The translations under genes were made by a program, and so were the position numbers. This document shows positions 39,817 through 49,951 of a stretch of DNA of 64,000 nt, in pieces. Under the pieces are notes generated by a model. It ran no database searches. It saw only the letters and a list, made by a program, of their open reading frames with translations, and had not been told where the DNA came from. The first letter of the stretch is position 1; each line of letters begins with the position of its first letter. The DNA comes from Croceitalea sp. (GTDB taxonomy: Bacteria; Bacteroidota; Bacteroidia; Flavobacteriales; Flavobacteriaceae): contig JABDND010000057.1 of assembly GCA_013001145.1 (NCBI GenBank), positions 4,174 to 68,173 of the forward strand. Direction: 5' to 3'.

Positions 39817-41820
39817 TTATTTGTATGATCTTGTTTTTACTTCAATATTTTCATACTTCAAATCTTCTTTGTGTAATTTGGCATCCTTGGGTTCTCCTTT
39901 ATACTCCCAGGCCGACACAAATTTGAAGTTTTTATCATCTCGTAAAGCTTCTCCTTCAGGCGTTTGGTATTCTTCCCTAAAGTGGCCGCCACAAGATTCG
40001 TTTCGTTCCAAGGCATCTTTGGCAAAAAGCTCACCCAATTCCAAGAAATCGGCCACACGGCCCGCTTTCTCCAATTCTTGGTTTTTTGATTCTGCTTCCC
40101 CGGGTACTTTAACGTTTTCCCAAAAGTCTTTGCGAAGGGCGGCAATCTCGTTAATGGCTTCTTTTAAATCTTTTGCATTTCTTGACATACCACATTTGTT
40201 CCACATGATCTTGCCCAAGATTTTATGGTAATAATCCACAGAGTGGGTGCCTGCTCCAGACATTAATTTGTTGATTCGATCGTGAACATTTTGCTCTGCT
40301 TCGTCAAACTCTTTGCTGTCTGTAGGAATGGGACCCGTTCTAATATCACTGGCCAATTGATCACCAATGGTGTATGGTAGCACAAAATAACCATCTGCCA
40401 GTCCTTGCATTAAGGCCGAAGCCCCAAGGCGGTTGGCTCCATGGTCACTGAAATTGGCCTCGCCAGCGGCATAGCAATTGGGTATGGTGGTTTGAAGATT
40501 ATAATCAACCCATAGACCTCCCATGGTATAATGAACCGCAGGATAAATCATCATTGGAGTTTTGTAAGGATTCTGATCTACGATTTTTTCGTACATCTGA
40601 AACAGGTTACCGTATTTGGCCTCGACAACTTCTTCACCTAATTTTCTTACCGTGGCCTCATCGGGATTTTTTAGACCAGAGGTCAAGGCTTTTTCACGAC
40701 CATAACGCATAATGGCCGCACTAAAGTCCAAGTAAACGGCCTCACCTGTTTTGTTTACACCATAACCAGCATCACAGCGTTCTTTTGCTGCCCTTGACGC
40801 TACATCACGCGGCACCAAGTTTCCAAAAGCTGGGTAACGACGCTCTAAATAGTAATCCCTATCCTCTTCCTTGAGTTCTGTTGGTTTCAGTTTGCCTTGC
40901 TGAATGGCTTTGGCGTCTTCTAATTTTTTGGGCACCCAAATACGACCATCATTTCGCAACGACTCAGACATCAAGGTCAATTTAGACTGATGGTCCCCAG
41001 AGACCGGAATACAGGTAGGGTGTATTTGAGTAAAACAAGGATTCGCGAAAAAAGCGCCTCGTTTGTGTGCTTTCCAAGCTGCCATGACATTGGCTCCCAT
41101 ACAATAGGTAGAGAGGTAAAAAAGATTTCCATAGCCTCCCGATGCAATAACAACAGCATGGGCAGAATGTCTTTCAATTTCACCGGTAACCAAATTTCTG
41201 GCGATTATTCCTCTTGCTTTCCCATCGACCAGGACCAAATCCAACATCTCATGACGTGTATGCGATTTGATTTTGCCGCGGTGTATTTGACGGTTCATGG
41301 CAGCGTAAGCCCCCAATAACAATTGTTGGCCTGTTTGCCCTTTGGCATAAAACGTTCTGGAAACCAAAACACCACCAAATGAGCGATTGTCCAAAAGGCC
41401 TCCATATTCACGTGCGAAGGGCACACCTTGCGCCACGCATTGGTCAATGATATTTGTTGAAACTTCGGCCAAACGATACACGTTGCCTTCTCTAGATCGG
41501 TAGTCACCCCCTTTTATGGTATCATAGAATAAACGATATACACTATCACCATCACCTTGATAGTTTTTTGCTGCATTGATTCCGCCTTGGGCAGCGATTG
41601 AGTGTGCGCGCCTTGGGGAATCTTGATAGCAAAAAGTTTTTACGTTGTAGCCCAATTCGGCCAAGGTGGCCGCTGCCGAACCTCCTGCAAGGCCAGTACC
41701 TACCACAATGACGTCGATATTACGTTTATTGGCAGGGTTGACAAGGTCAATGTCATTTTTATGTTTGGTCCATTTATCGGCCAATGGGCCAGCAGGTACT
41801 TTTGAATCCAATATTCCCAT
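39817..41820 (-). CDS. sdhA: Succinate dehydrogenase flavoprotein subunit
   Basis: [39 protein letters not shown]. Confidence 0.97.
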   Translation of the reverse strand: MGILDSKVPAGPLADKWTKHKNDIDLVNPANKRNIDVIVVGTGLAGGSAAATLAELGYNVKTFCYQDSPRRAHSIAAQGGINAAKNYQGDGDSVYRLFYDTIKGGDYRSREGNVYRLAEVSTNIIDQCVAQGVPFAREYGGLLDNRSFGGVLVSRTFYAKGQTGQQLLLGAYAAMNRQIHRGKIKSHTRHEMLDLVLVDGKARGIIARNLVTGEIERHSAHAVVIASGGYGNLFYLSTYCMGANVMAAWKAHKRGAFFANPCFTQIHPTCIPVSGDHQSKLTLMSESLRNDGRIWVPKKLEDAKAIQQGKLKPTELKEEDRDYYLERRYPAFGNLVPRDVASRAAKERCDAGYGVNKTGEAVYLDFSAAIMRYGREKALTSGLKNPDEATVRKLGEEVVEAKYGNLFQMYEKIVDQNPYKTPMMIYPAVHYTMGGLWVDYNLQTTIPNCYAAGEANFSDHGANRLGASALMQGLADGYFVLPYTIGDQLASDIRTGPIPTDSKEFDEAEQNVHDRINKLMSGAGTHSVDYYHKILGKIMWNKCGMSRNAKDLKEAINEIAALRKDFWENVKVPGEAESKNQELEKAGRVADFLELGELFAKDALERNESCGGHFREEYQTPEGEALRDDKNFKFVSAWEYKGEPKDAKLHKEDLKYENIEVKTRSYK

Positions 41821-41822
41821 AA

Positions 41823-42491
41823 TTAATGTGTAATTGGGTTAAGATGGTGGTAGATCGCGATAAAAGCAAAAGCCAAAGGCACTACCACCGAAAATAATTT
41901 TGTAAATGATTTTATGGCTGGGGTATACTTGTTGTTGACGCCCATGGTTTGAAACGATGAGGCAAAGCCATGCCATAAATGTAGGCTTAGCAGTACAAAT
42001 GAGACAACATAAAGTACTGTTCGCCACATTGGCGCAAATTTTTCTACTGTTTCCGCATAATACCGTGTTGGGTCTTCCGGGTTTGCTTCGACATATTTAT
42101 AGGCCATCTCATGAATCCAAAAATCATAAAAATGCAAGCCCAAGAAGGCAAGAACAACGAGACCCGAATAAATCATGTTCCTTGAAACCCATGGAGCGTT
42201 CGCTCCCCCGTTGAATTTGGCATAACGTACATTACGTGCGGCCCGGTTTTGAAATTCAAGCACAAAGCCCATTACGAAATGAACAATCACACCAGCAATC
42301 AATATAGGCTGCATTAAAAATTGCACTATGGGATTATAGCCCATAAAATGGGAAGCTTCATTAAAAAACTCTGGCGATATGACCGATGCAAGGTTGATGG
42401 TGACGTGTAGCACAAGAAAAATCACTAAAAAAAGACCCGAAAGCGCCATCACAACTTTTCGTGCCAGTGAAGATTTTATCAATCCACTCAT
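41823..42491 (-). CDS. sdhC: Succinate dehydrogenase cytochrome b subunit
   Basis: About 5 TM helices with heme His residues, [14 protein letters not shown]. Confidence 0.93.
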   Translation of the reverse strand: MSGLIKSSLARKVVMALSGLFLVIFLVLHVTINLASVISPEFFNEASHFMGYNPIVQFLMQPILIAGVIVHFVMGFVLEFQNRAARNVRYAKFNGGANAPWVSRNMIYSGLVVLAFLGLHFYDFWIHEMAYKYVEANPEDPTRYYAETVEKFAPMWRTVLYVVSFVLLSLHLWHGFASSFQTMGVNNKYTPAIKSFTKLFSVVVPLAFAFIAIYHHLNPITH

Positions 42492-42751
42492 TAGGTATTG
42501 GTTTTAATAGCAAAGTTACTGCACGGGCTAGTTTTTAACAAACTTTCAACAGCGCAATACCTTTAATTTAGAAACATTTTAAGAAAGGTAATCAAACGTT
42601 TGAGTTCTTCATCAAAATTTGATGTTTTTCGCCCAGAAACTTCAACAAAATATCGGCAGTTATGTTTAAAATAAAAATATACAGGGGTATTAGTACAGTT
42701 CTATTTTTTGAACGATATTGAATTGAATTAAGACCACCGACCGACCAGACC

Positions 42752-43639
42752 ATGGATATTGCCCTATTATCAATTAGTTTAAATGTACATTCGACCAGAA
42801 GAATAGCAGAAGAGGCGCAAAACATGGGCCATTATGTAGAGCTTATCGATCATACAAAATGCTCTGTGAAATTAGGAACGGGCAAACCTAAGATTTTCTT
42901 AGGGGAAGAAGATGTGACCGACGAGTTTGATGCCATCATACCCCGAATTGGCGCGAAAGTTACCCGCCATGGCGCGGCCATCGTCAAACAGTTTGAGATG
43001 AATGGCACATTTAGCACGGCCCGCTCCCTTGGCATAACAAGGGCACGAAACAAAGTGCGTACCATGCAAATAATGGCCCGAAAGGGCATTCCCATACCTG
43101 AGACGCTTTTTTCAATTAATCCTGACAATATAGAAGCACAGATAAAATTATTGGGGGGGCCTCCGGTAATCATCAAACTTCAAGAAGGCACCCAGGGATT
43201 GGGGGTTATTTTGGCCGAAAGCAAAAAATCGGCAAAATCAATCATCGATACTTTTTACAAAATGGATACCAGCATTTTACTGCAAGAGTTTATTGAAGAA
43301 GCCAACGGTGAGGACGTACGTATTTTTGTTGTTGGAGATAAAGTCGTTGCCAGCATGAAGCGTATCAGTGAAATAGATGAATTTCGTTCCAATGTGCACC
43401 GAGGTGGCGCAACCTTGGCCATCAACCCTACTTCAAAGGAAAAAGAAATAGCTCTAAATGCGGTCAAATATTTAGGCTTGGGTGTAGCAGGAGTTGATTT
43501 GATGCGATCTAAAAGAGGACCCTTATTAATTGAAGTAAACGCCTCGCCAGGCTTAAAGGGGATTGAGAGTGCAACGGGCATCAATATTGCCGAACATATC
43601 ATAAAATACGTTGAAAAAAATGGGCGGAGAAAGAGATAA
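42752..43639 (+). CDS. rimK: RimK family ATP-grasp alpha-L-glutamate ligase
   Basis: IIPRIG, EGTQG.GV, QEFIEEA.G.D.R, FRSNVHRGG, EVNASPG. Confidence 0.88.
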   Translation: MDIALLSISLNVHSTRRIAEEAQNMGHYVELIDHTKCSVKLGTGKPKIFLGEEDVTDEFDAIIPRIGAKVTRHGAAIVKQFEMNGTFSTARSLGITRARNKVRTMQIMARKGIPIPETLFSINPDNIEAQIKLLGGPPVIIKLQEGTQGLGVILAESKKSAKSIIDTFYKMDTSILLQEFIEEANGEDVRIFVVGDKVVASMKRISEIDEFRSNVHRGGATLAINPTSKEKEIALNAVKYLGLGVAGVDLMRSKRGPLLIEVNASPGLKGIESATGINIAEHIIKYVEKNGRRKR

Positions 43640-44579
43640 TAAAACCATTAGCATCAATGGCCATGAAGTGCTGCCAGGCACCACTAAATTGGTCAGTATC
43701 GAAATTGCCCGATTGCCAACGGGCACTTTGATTGACATTCCCGTACATGTGTTCAATTCAAAAAAAGAAGGTCCAACGGTGCTCGTACAGGCTGGACTAC
43801 ATGGTGATGAAATCAATGGGATAGAAACCTTAAGGCGCATGTTGCAGCTTGGTGAATTTACGACAAATAGAGGCGCGGTCATTGTAGTGCCCATTTTGAA
43901 CGTTTTCGGATTTATACATTTTTCAAGGGACGTTCCCGATGGTAAAGATGTCAATCGTAGTTTTCCTGGTAGCCGTTTGGGATCTTTGGCCAGCCGAATG
44001 GCCTACCACTTTACCAATGAAATATTGCCCCAAATAGATTTTGGCATCGATTTACATACAGGGGGAGCTCAGCGAAGCAATTATCCCCAGGTTCGATATA
44101 CCGAAGGCGATGAGACAAGTGAGAAAATGGCATTGCAATTTAATGCGCCGTTCTACTTTTCATCACGATTGATAACAGGGTCATTCAGAAAAGCGGCCCA
44201 CAAATTGGGTAAGCCGATCATTGTTTATGAAGCGGGTGAGAGCATGCGCTTTGATGAAATGGCCATAACTACTGCCATTCAAGGCATTCGTAATGTATTT
44301 GCCGGTTTGGATATGTCAAAGGAAGAAGACAAATCCAATACCAAGTCGTCCATACACCTGCAAAACACTAAATGGGTAAGAGCTTCACGCGCTGGAATGT
44401 TTATTCCAGAGGTTAAAAACGGAGCACTTATACAAAAAGGGCAGGTATTGGGTAAGGTCACAGATATTTTTGCCAAAAAAAGCAAAGAAATCAAATCGCC
44501 CATGGAAGGGTATGTGATATGCTTAAATCATCAGGCCGTGGTCAATCAAGGTGATGCACTTTTTCATGTGGGCAAATAA
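43620..44579 (+). CDS. Succinylglutamate desuccinylase/aspartoacylase (M14-like) family protein
   Basis: HGDEING, DVNRSFPG, DLHTG, YEAGE, C-terminal biotinyl-like domain. Confidence 0.9.
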   Translation: MGGERDNKTISINGHEVLPGTTKLVSIEIARLPTGTLIDIPVHVFNSKKEGPTVLVQAGLHGDEINGIETLRRMLQLGEFTTNRGAVIVVPILNVFGFIHFSRDVPDGKDVNRSFPGSRLGSLASRMAYHFTNEILPQIDFGIDLHTGGAQRSNYPQVRYTEGDETSEKMALQFNAPFYFSSRLITGSFRKAAHKLGKPIIVYEAGESMRFDEMAITTAIQGIRNVFAGLDMSKEEDKSNTKSSIHLQNTKWVRASRAGMFIPEVKNGALIQKGQVLGKVTDIFAKKSKEIKSPMEGYVICLNHQAVVNQGDALFHVGK

Positions 44580-44596
44580 AAGACCGACCCTGGTTT

Positions 44597-45025
44597 TTAT
44601 GCAGATGCTTTACGGGATTTGATATTGGAAAGGCTCCAAGTAATTGCTTCTTCCAAGTCTGAGAACTGGCGGATACCATACTGGAAGAATAGCCGTTCAA
44701 GTACGAGACTGGCAAAGCTACCTTGAGTATTGCCAACCACTGAATAAAAATCCAATTGGTGCCTATTATGATAAAATTTGGACCAATCTTTGGCCACCAC
44801 TTGGTAGCTGTTTACCCTATTGGAGATGTATGCAACGGGATTGTCCTTTCCGAAAATTTCGTGGGCGGCTTCAATTGCTCTTTTGCCCATTTGCCAACTA
44901 AAAGTGACGCCCTCATGAATTTCAGAAATGACAAGACCTTCAAAATAATAAAAGAATCCAAACTCGAATTCTCGAACCTCCCTTATTTTTTTTACAAAAA
45001 AATCAGTGTCTTTAACCCTTTTCAT
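44597..45025 (-). CDS. Hypothetical protein (STAS/SEC14-like small domain)
   Basis: EIHEGV..YISNRVNSY motif recalled from a Flavobacteria family; 142 aa. Confidence 0.65.
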   Translation of the reverse strand: MKRVKDTDFFVKKIREVREFEFGFFYYFEGLVISEIHEGVTFSWQMGKRAIEAAHEIFGKDNPVAYISNRVNSYQVVAKDWSKFYHNRHQLDFYSVVGNTQGSFASLVLERLFFQYGIRQFSDLEEAITWSLSNIKSRKASA

Positions 45026-45107
45026 GAATCAAACCTCCTTTAAACAGTAAGTTCTAAGATAATGAATTTATGGAAATCGTTTGTAAGCATGCTATTTTTG
45101 GAGGTTC

Positions 45108-45497
45108 TCAATTTTCCATACTTTTCAATTGAATGCCCAATGCCTTGGTTGATAATTGTACTTCAATCAGCGAAAGCAATAGCGAAACCATTAAAAAAAC
45201 GAGACTTATGCCAAATACGATATTGGCGAATATGGGCATTTCAACATAGATCAAAAACATGGTTACTGCCGATAATAAAAAACTGATTATGGCCGTAGCC
45301 TGCATATTTTTAATAATGCCCAAACGTTTTCGCAGTTGGTTTATTTGTTTTTTTAGGGGCGATGAGGATTGTTCTTCAAATTGCTTGTGCAACTGTCGAA
45401 TCAATGCCGCTATGGCCAAATAACGGGCATTATACGCAAGCATTGTCAACGAAATGGCCGGGAAAAGTAAAGCTGGTATACTAAGTGTCAATTGCAT
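45108..45497 (-). CDS. DUF2721 family membrane protein
   Basis: PALLFPAISL.MLAY.ARYL..A.LIR, EVQLST.AL. Confidence 0.85.
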   Translation of the reverse strand: MQLTLSIPALLFPAISLTMLAYNARYLAIAALIRQLHKQFEEQSSSPLKKQINQLRKRLGIIKNMQATAIISFLLSAVTMFLIYVEMPIFANIVFGISLVFLMVSLLLSLIEVQLSTKALGIQLKSMEN

Positions 45498-48347
45498 TTA
45501 TTCTATTTCAAATTGAATTTTTTCAACAGTGCCGTTTAACGCAAGCTCCACCTCGTATTTACCTTTGGGCAAATATGTTTTTCCATTTTTAGCTTCGGTT
45601 AGCTTCATTTTGTTTTTCTTTAAAAAATCACTCTTTCCTTTTTTGGTAAAAGCAACATCATAAGCCAACACATTTAAGCCTTTGTCCGCTTTCAAGTTTG
45701 TAGCGCTAACTTCAATACCATCCATAGTTTTCACTGTTGCGGTACAATCACCGCTCTGGCTGCTATAAAAATGAACGTCAAGGCCAGGGGTTCTTGGTGT
45801 GCCCCATTGGCCCCAGCTATTGCCCCAATTATTGGAATGCCTGATGTTCTCAACTTTGAATAAGACAAGGGATTTTGCCATTTTTTGGGCATCCAAGGCT
45901 TGCAATGTGGCTATATCGGCCTTGTAAATGCTTCTACCGTGGGTGCCGACCAATAAGTGTTGTGCTTCGGGTTGAATAACCAGATCGTGCACCGCTACAT
46001 TTGGCATTCCATTTTGGAAAATTTCCCACGAAGCACCTTGATCAAATGAGGCGTATAAACCATTGTCCGTTCCTACAAAGAGTAGGTTTTCGTTAACCGG
46101 ATCTTCGACCAAAGCATTCACGGGTGAAGTTGGTATGTTGCCCGTTATATTTTTCCAAGTTTTGCCGTAGTCATCACTCATGAACACATAGGGGGTAAAA
46201 TCATCCCATCGGTACCCGTTCAAGGTGGCGTAGACTCTTTCTTTTTTATGTTTGGAAGCTGCCACTTCACTAACCCAAAAATCCTTGGGCAGACCGTTGG
46301 ATATATTTGTCCAGCTGCCTCCGCCATTTTGCGAAACATGGATCAATCCATCATCACTGCCTGCATAAAGCAACCCAAATTTAAATGGTGATTCAGTAAT
46401 GCTGGTCAAGGTGCCATAGGCTACATTACCAGAACGCCCACCTTGGGTCAAATCGTCGGAAATGGCTTCCCAATCATCACCTTGATTGAGCGAGCGGTGC
46501 AATTTGTTGCCTCCCAAGTACAAAATATCTTGGTTATGGGGCGACAATAAAATGGGTGTTTGCCAATTAAAGCGATAGGGAGCTTCTCCTAATTCATGTT
46601 TGGGTTGAATACGTTGATTTTTTTTGTTGGCAAGATCTAATCGAAAGTAATTACCAAACTGAAATCCAGTATAGACAATGTTAGAGTTGCGGTTGTCTAT
46701 TTGTACTTGCATACCATCGCCGCCCATAATCGAATGCCATGGATTTTGACCTGTTGAATGCCATCTGCGATTTTCATCGTTATTGTGGGCCCCCATCCAA
46801 ACCCCATTGTCTTGAAGGCCCCCGTATACATTGTAAGGTTTTTCATTGTCTACATTAATGGCATAAAACTGACCAACAGTGGGTGAGTTGTTCTTCATCC
46901 AATTTTCACCATCATCATAACTTATATTGACGCCACCATCGTTGCCGTTGATCAAATGACCTGGTTTTTTCGGATTGATCCAAAGTGCGTGATGATCTGA
47001 ATGCACGTTTTCCTTACCAATGGAAGTAAATGTATTTCCACCATCTTCAGACATGACCAAAGGGACCCCGGCAAGATATATTTTGTCTTTGTTATTTGGG
47101 TCTACCCTAATTTGGGCAAAGTAGTAACCATAACTATAAAAAAGGTCATCAATATAATCTTGGTTCATTTTTTTCCAAGTTTTACCGGCATCGTCACTGC
47201 GATAGACTTCGGCACCTATAACTGGGGTATCAAACAATAAAGAATTTGCACTCTCAAGATATTTAGCCAAGTCGGCGGGTTGCACGGCACCATCGCGAAC
47301 CATGTTCTTGACATTTTCAGCGCGGTATTTTTCTTGAAAGCCATTATTTTTCAAGAAGTCATTTAATTTTTTATCGTCCAAGGCCAAAAAAGTGGCTTTG
47401 CCCATGGTAGTAAAATCATCCTTTTCCAAATCTTCAGATGATTCTTTTTCGTCAAATCTTTTATCTCGTCTGTATTGATTGTCATGCACCGCATAAACCG
47501 TATTCTCATCAAAAACGGCAAGGCCAATTCGGCCGACCCCTTCACCCGTGGGAAAACCACTCTCTGGGGTGGTTGCCAATTGCCAAGTTGCCCCGGCATC
47601 GGTACTTTTATAAATGGCCGAACCATTGCCATTGCCTTTAAAGTCCCAGGCTTTTCTATCTTTTTGCCAAGCGGCTGCATATTGTATGTTGAAATTGCTG
47701 GGAGCGTGGGCGACATCGATAATGCCTGTTTCATCATTAATGAACAAGGTTCTATTCCAAGTTTTACCACCATCAGTGGTTTTGTAGACACCCCGTTCTT
47801 CATTGGGTGAATAAAGATGGCCCGTAACCCCAACAATTACTTCGTTGGGGTTTGAGGGGTTGATTATAATTCGCCCGATATGGTGTGAATCTTCCAAACC
47901 CATATTCTTCCAAGTTTTGCCCATATCGGTAGATTTGAGCACGCCGATTCCGGCATATGAAGAACGTGATGCATTGTTCTCGCCCGTGCCAACCCAAATG
48001 GTTCCTGAGTTCCAATCAACGGTCACCTCACCCACATTTTGTGTATCGGTATCATCCAAGACCGGTGCAAACGCTATACCGTTGCTTTTTGTATGCCATA
48101 GACCTGCTGAGGCATAAGCCACAAAAAACTCATTGGGGTCTTCAGGATTTACATCTAGATCAACCACGCGACCGCTCATTACTGACGGCCCAATATTTAC
48201 CAAGGGGACATTTTTTAAAATGGAAGATTCGGCCATGGCATTCTTGGTCTGTAATGCACTCAAAACTTCGGCCTTACTGGTCGCTGCTTGTTGGGCACTT
48301 GCCAACTGAAAAAACAAAAGGCCCAAGGATATTATTAAGTATCTCAT
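45498..48347 (-). CDS. Exported VPS10/BNR (Asp-box) beta-propeller glycosyl-hydrolase-like protein
   Basis: Signal peptide from MRYLIIS (48347); many S/TxDxGxTW Asp-boxes; GPSVMSGRV; YGGLQDNG. Confidence 0.88.
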   Translation of the reverse strand: MRYLIISLGLLFFQLASAQQAATSKAEVLSALQTKNAMAESSILKNVPLVNIGPSVMSGRVVDLDVNPEDPNEFFVAYASAGLWHTKSNGIAFAPVLDDTDTQNVGEVTVDWNSGTIWVGTGENNASRSSYAGIGVLKSTDMGKTWKNMGLEDSHHIGRIIINPSNPNEVIVGVTGHLYSPNEERGVYKTTDGGKTWNRTLFINDETGIIDVAHAPSNFNIQYAAAWQKDRKAWDFKGNGNGSAIYKSTDAGATWQLATTPESGFPTGEGVGRIGLAVFDENTVYAVHDNQYRRDKRFDEKESSEDLEKDDFTTMGKATFLALDDKKLNDFLKNNGFQEKYRAENVKNMVRDGAVQPADLAKYLESANSLLFDTPVIGAEVYRSDDAGKTWKKMNQDYIDDLFYSYGYYFAQIRVDPNNKDKIYLAGVPLVMSEDGGNTFTSIGKENVHSDHHALWINPKKPGHLINGNDGGVNISYDDGENWMKNNSPTVGQFYAINVDNEKPYNVYGGLQDNGVWMGAHNNDENRRWHSTGQNPWHSIMGGDGMQVQIDNRNSNIVYTGFQFGNYFRLDLANKKNQRIQPKHELGEAPYRFNWQTPILLSPHNQDILYLGGNKLHRSLNQGDDWEAISDDLTQGGRSGNVAYGTLTSITESPFKFGLLYAGSDDGLIHVSQNGGGSWTNISNGLPKDFWVSEVAASKHKKERVYATLNGYRWDDFTPYVFMSDDYGKTWKNITGNIPTSPVNALVEDPVNENLLFVGTDNGLYASFDQGASWEIFQNGMPNVAVHDLVIQPEAQHLLVGTHGRSIYKADIATLQALDAQKMAKSLVLFKVENIRHSNNWGNSWGQWGTPRTPGLDVHFYSSQSGDCTATVKTMDGIEVSATNLKADKGLNVLAYDVAFTKKGKSDFLKKNKMKLTEAKNGKTYLPKGKYEVELALNGTVEKIQFEIE

Positions 48348-48431
48348 TTGTGGTTGAATTTTAATGATGCGGAAGTTATGAATTTGTCTTGGGTAAACCA
48401 ATTGACTACATTTGATTAAATAGTTTTTCAA

Positions 48432-49721
48432 ATGAAATACGAACAAATAAACAAGCAGCTTTTTATAAAAAACCGTCAGAAATTTACGGCTCAAATGAAG
48501 CCTAAAAGCGTCGCCGTTTTCAACTCCAATGATATTTATCCGATCAGTGCCGACAGCACCATGCCCTTTGAACAGCACAGCGACATCTTTTATTTAAGTG
48601 GCGCCGATCAAGAGGAAACCATTTTGGTTTTGTTTCCTGATGCTCTCAGTGCCAAACATCGCGAAATCTTGTTCGTGCGCGAGACCAATGAACACATTGC
48701 GGTTTGGGAGGGCGAAAAATTGACCAAAGAAAGGGCGACCCAAGTATCGGGCATTAAGACTATTTACTGGTTGTCTGAATTTGACAAGATATTCTTTGAT
48801 TTGATGACCGAGGCGGACACCATTTATTTCAACACCAATGAACATTATCGGCAAGCGGTAGAAACACAAACACGTGAAGACCGTTTCATCATCAAGTGCA
48901 AACAAGATTTCCCGGCCCATCAGTGGGCGAAGAGCAATCCCATTTTGCAAGAAATAAGAGGGATCAAAGAAGTCGAAGAAATTGCCTTGATGCAAAAGGC
49001 CTGTGATATAACCGAGAAGGGTTTCCGTAGAATTTTAAAATACACCAAGCCTGGCATTTGGGAGTATGAATTGGAGGCCGAATTTATACATGAATTAATT
49101 AGAAATCGTTCCAAGGGATTTGCCTATACACCTATCATCGCCTCGGGCAACAACGCCAATGTCTTGCACTACATAGAAAACAATCAAAAATGCCTAAGTG
49201 GTGATTTGATTTTGATGGACGTGGGGGCCGAGTATGCCAATTACTCAAGTGATATGACGCGAACCATACCTGTAAACGGCATATTTACCAAGCGCCAAAA
49301 AGAAGTGTACAATGCCGTATTACGGGTAAAGAACGAAGCCACCAAACTTTTGGTGCCCGGCACGCTATGGGCCGATTATCACAAAGAAGTAGGTAAGATT
49401 ATGACCTCAGAATTACTTGGTCTTGGATTGTTGGACAAGGCCGATGTCAAGAATGAAAAGAAAGACTGGCCCGCTTACAAAAAATACTTTATGCACGGCA
49501 CCAGCCACCATATTGGGTTGGACACTCATGACTATGGCGCTTTGAAAACACCCATGAAGGCCAATATGGTCTTTACTGTGGAACCCGGTATTTATATTCC
49601 GGCAGAAAAAATGGGAATACGTTTGGAAGATGACGTGGTCATTCAGACAAATGGAGCCCCCTTTAATTTGATGCGCAACATACCCATAGAGGCCGACGAG
49701 ATTGAAAATTTGATGAACTAA
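48432..49721 (+). CDS. pepP: Xaa-Pro aminopeptidase (M24B)
   Basis: LMDVGAEY..YSSDMTRT, HGTSHHIGLDTHD, TVEPGIY, RLEDD. Confidence 0.93.
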   Translation: MKYEQINKQLFIKNRQKFTAQMKPKSVAVFNSNDIYPISADSTMPFEQHSDIFYLSGADQEETILVLFPDALSAKHREILFVRETNEHIAVWEGEKLTKERATQVSGIKTIYWLSEFDKIFFDLMTEADTIYFNTNEHYRQAVETQTREDRFIIKCKQDFPAHQWAKSNPILQEIRGIKEVEEIALMQKACDITEKGFRRILKYTKPGIWEYELEAEFIHELIRNRSKGFAYTPIIASGNNANVLHYIENNQKCLSGDLILMDVGAEYANYSSDMTRTIPVNGIFTKRQKEVYNAVLRVKNEATKLLVPGTLWADYHKEVGKIMTSELLGLGLLDKADVKNEKKDWPAYKKYFMHGTSHHIGLDTHDYGALKTPMKANMVFTVEPGIYIPAEKMGIRLEDDVVIQTNGAPFNLMRNIPIEADEIENLMN

Positions 49722-49770
49722 ATACTTTAAGAAACCTTCAATAATTGATAGAATTGACAATTAATAAAAC

Positions 49771-49947
49771 ATGTATTTCATCGCATCATTCATTCAAGTA
49801 GCAGAGATTGAAAAGAAAATGGAAGAAGCGCCAGATAGTGCCTATGAAATTGGGGTGGTTATCGGTACTTATTTGCCGTTTGTGGTCTTGGTGGTGATTG
49901 CCTATACCATATATTATTATTCCAAAAAGCGGAAAGATTTGGAGTAA
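49771..49947 (+). CDS. 58-aa single-pass membrane protein below the ORF-track cutoff
   Basis: MYFIASFIQVAEIEKKMEEAPDSAYEIGVVIGTYLPFVVLVVIAYTIYYYSKKRKDLE*; A-rich context before the ATG; TM helix followed by a basic tail. Confidence 0.75.
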   Translation: MYFIASFIQVAEIEKKMEEAPDSAYEIGVVIGTYLPFVVLVVIAYTIYYYSKKRKDLE

Positions 49948-49951
49948 CCAA

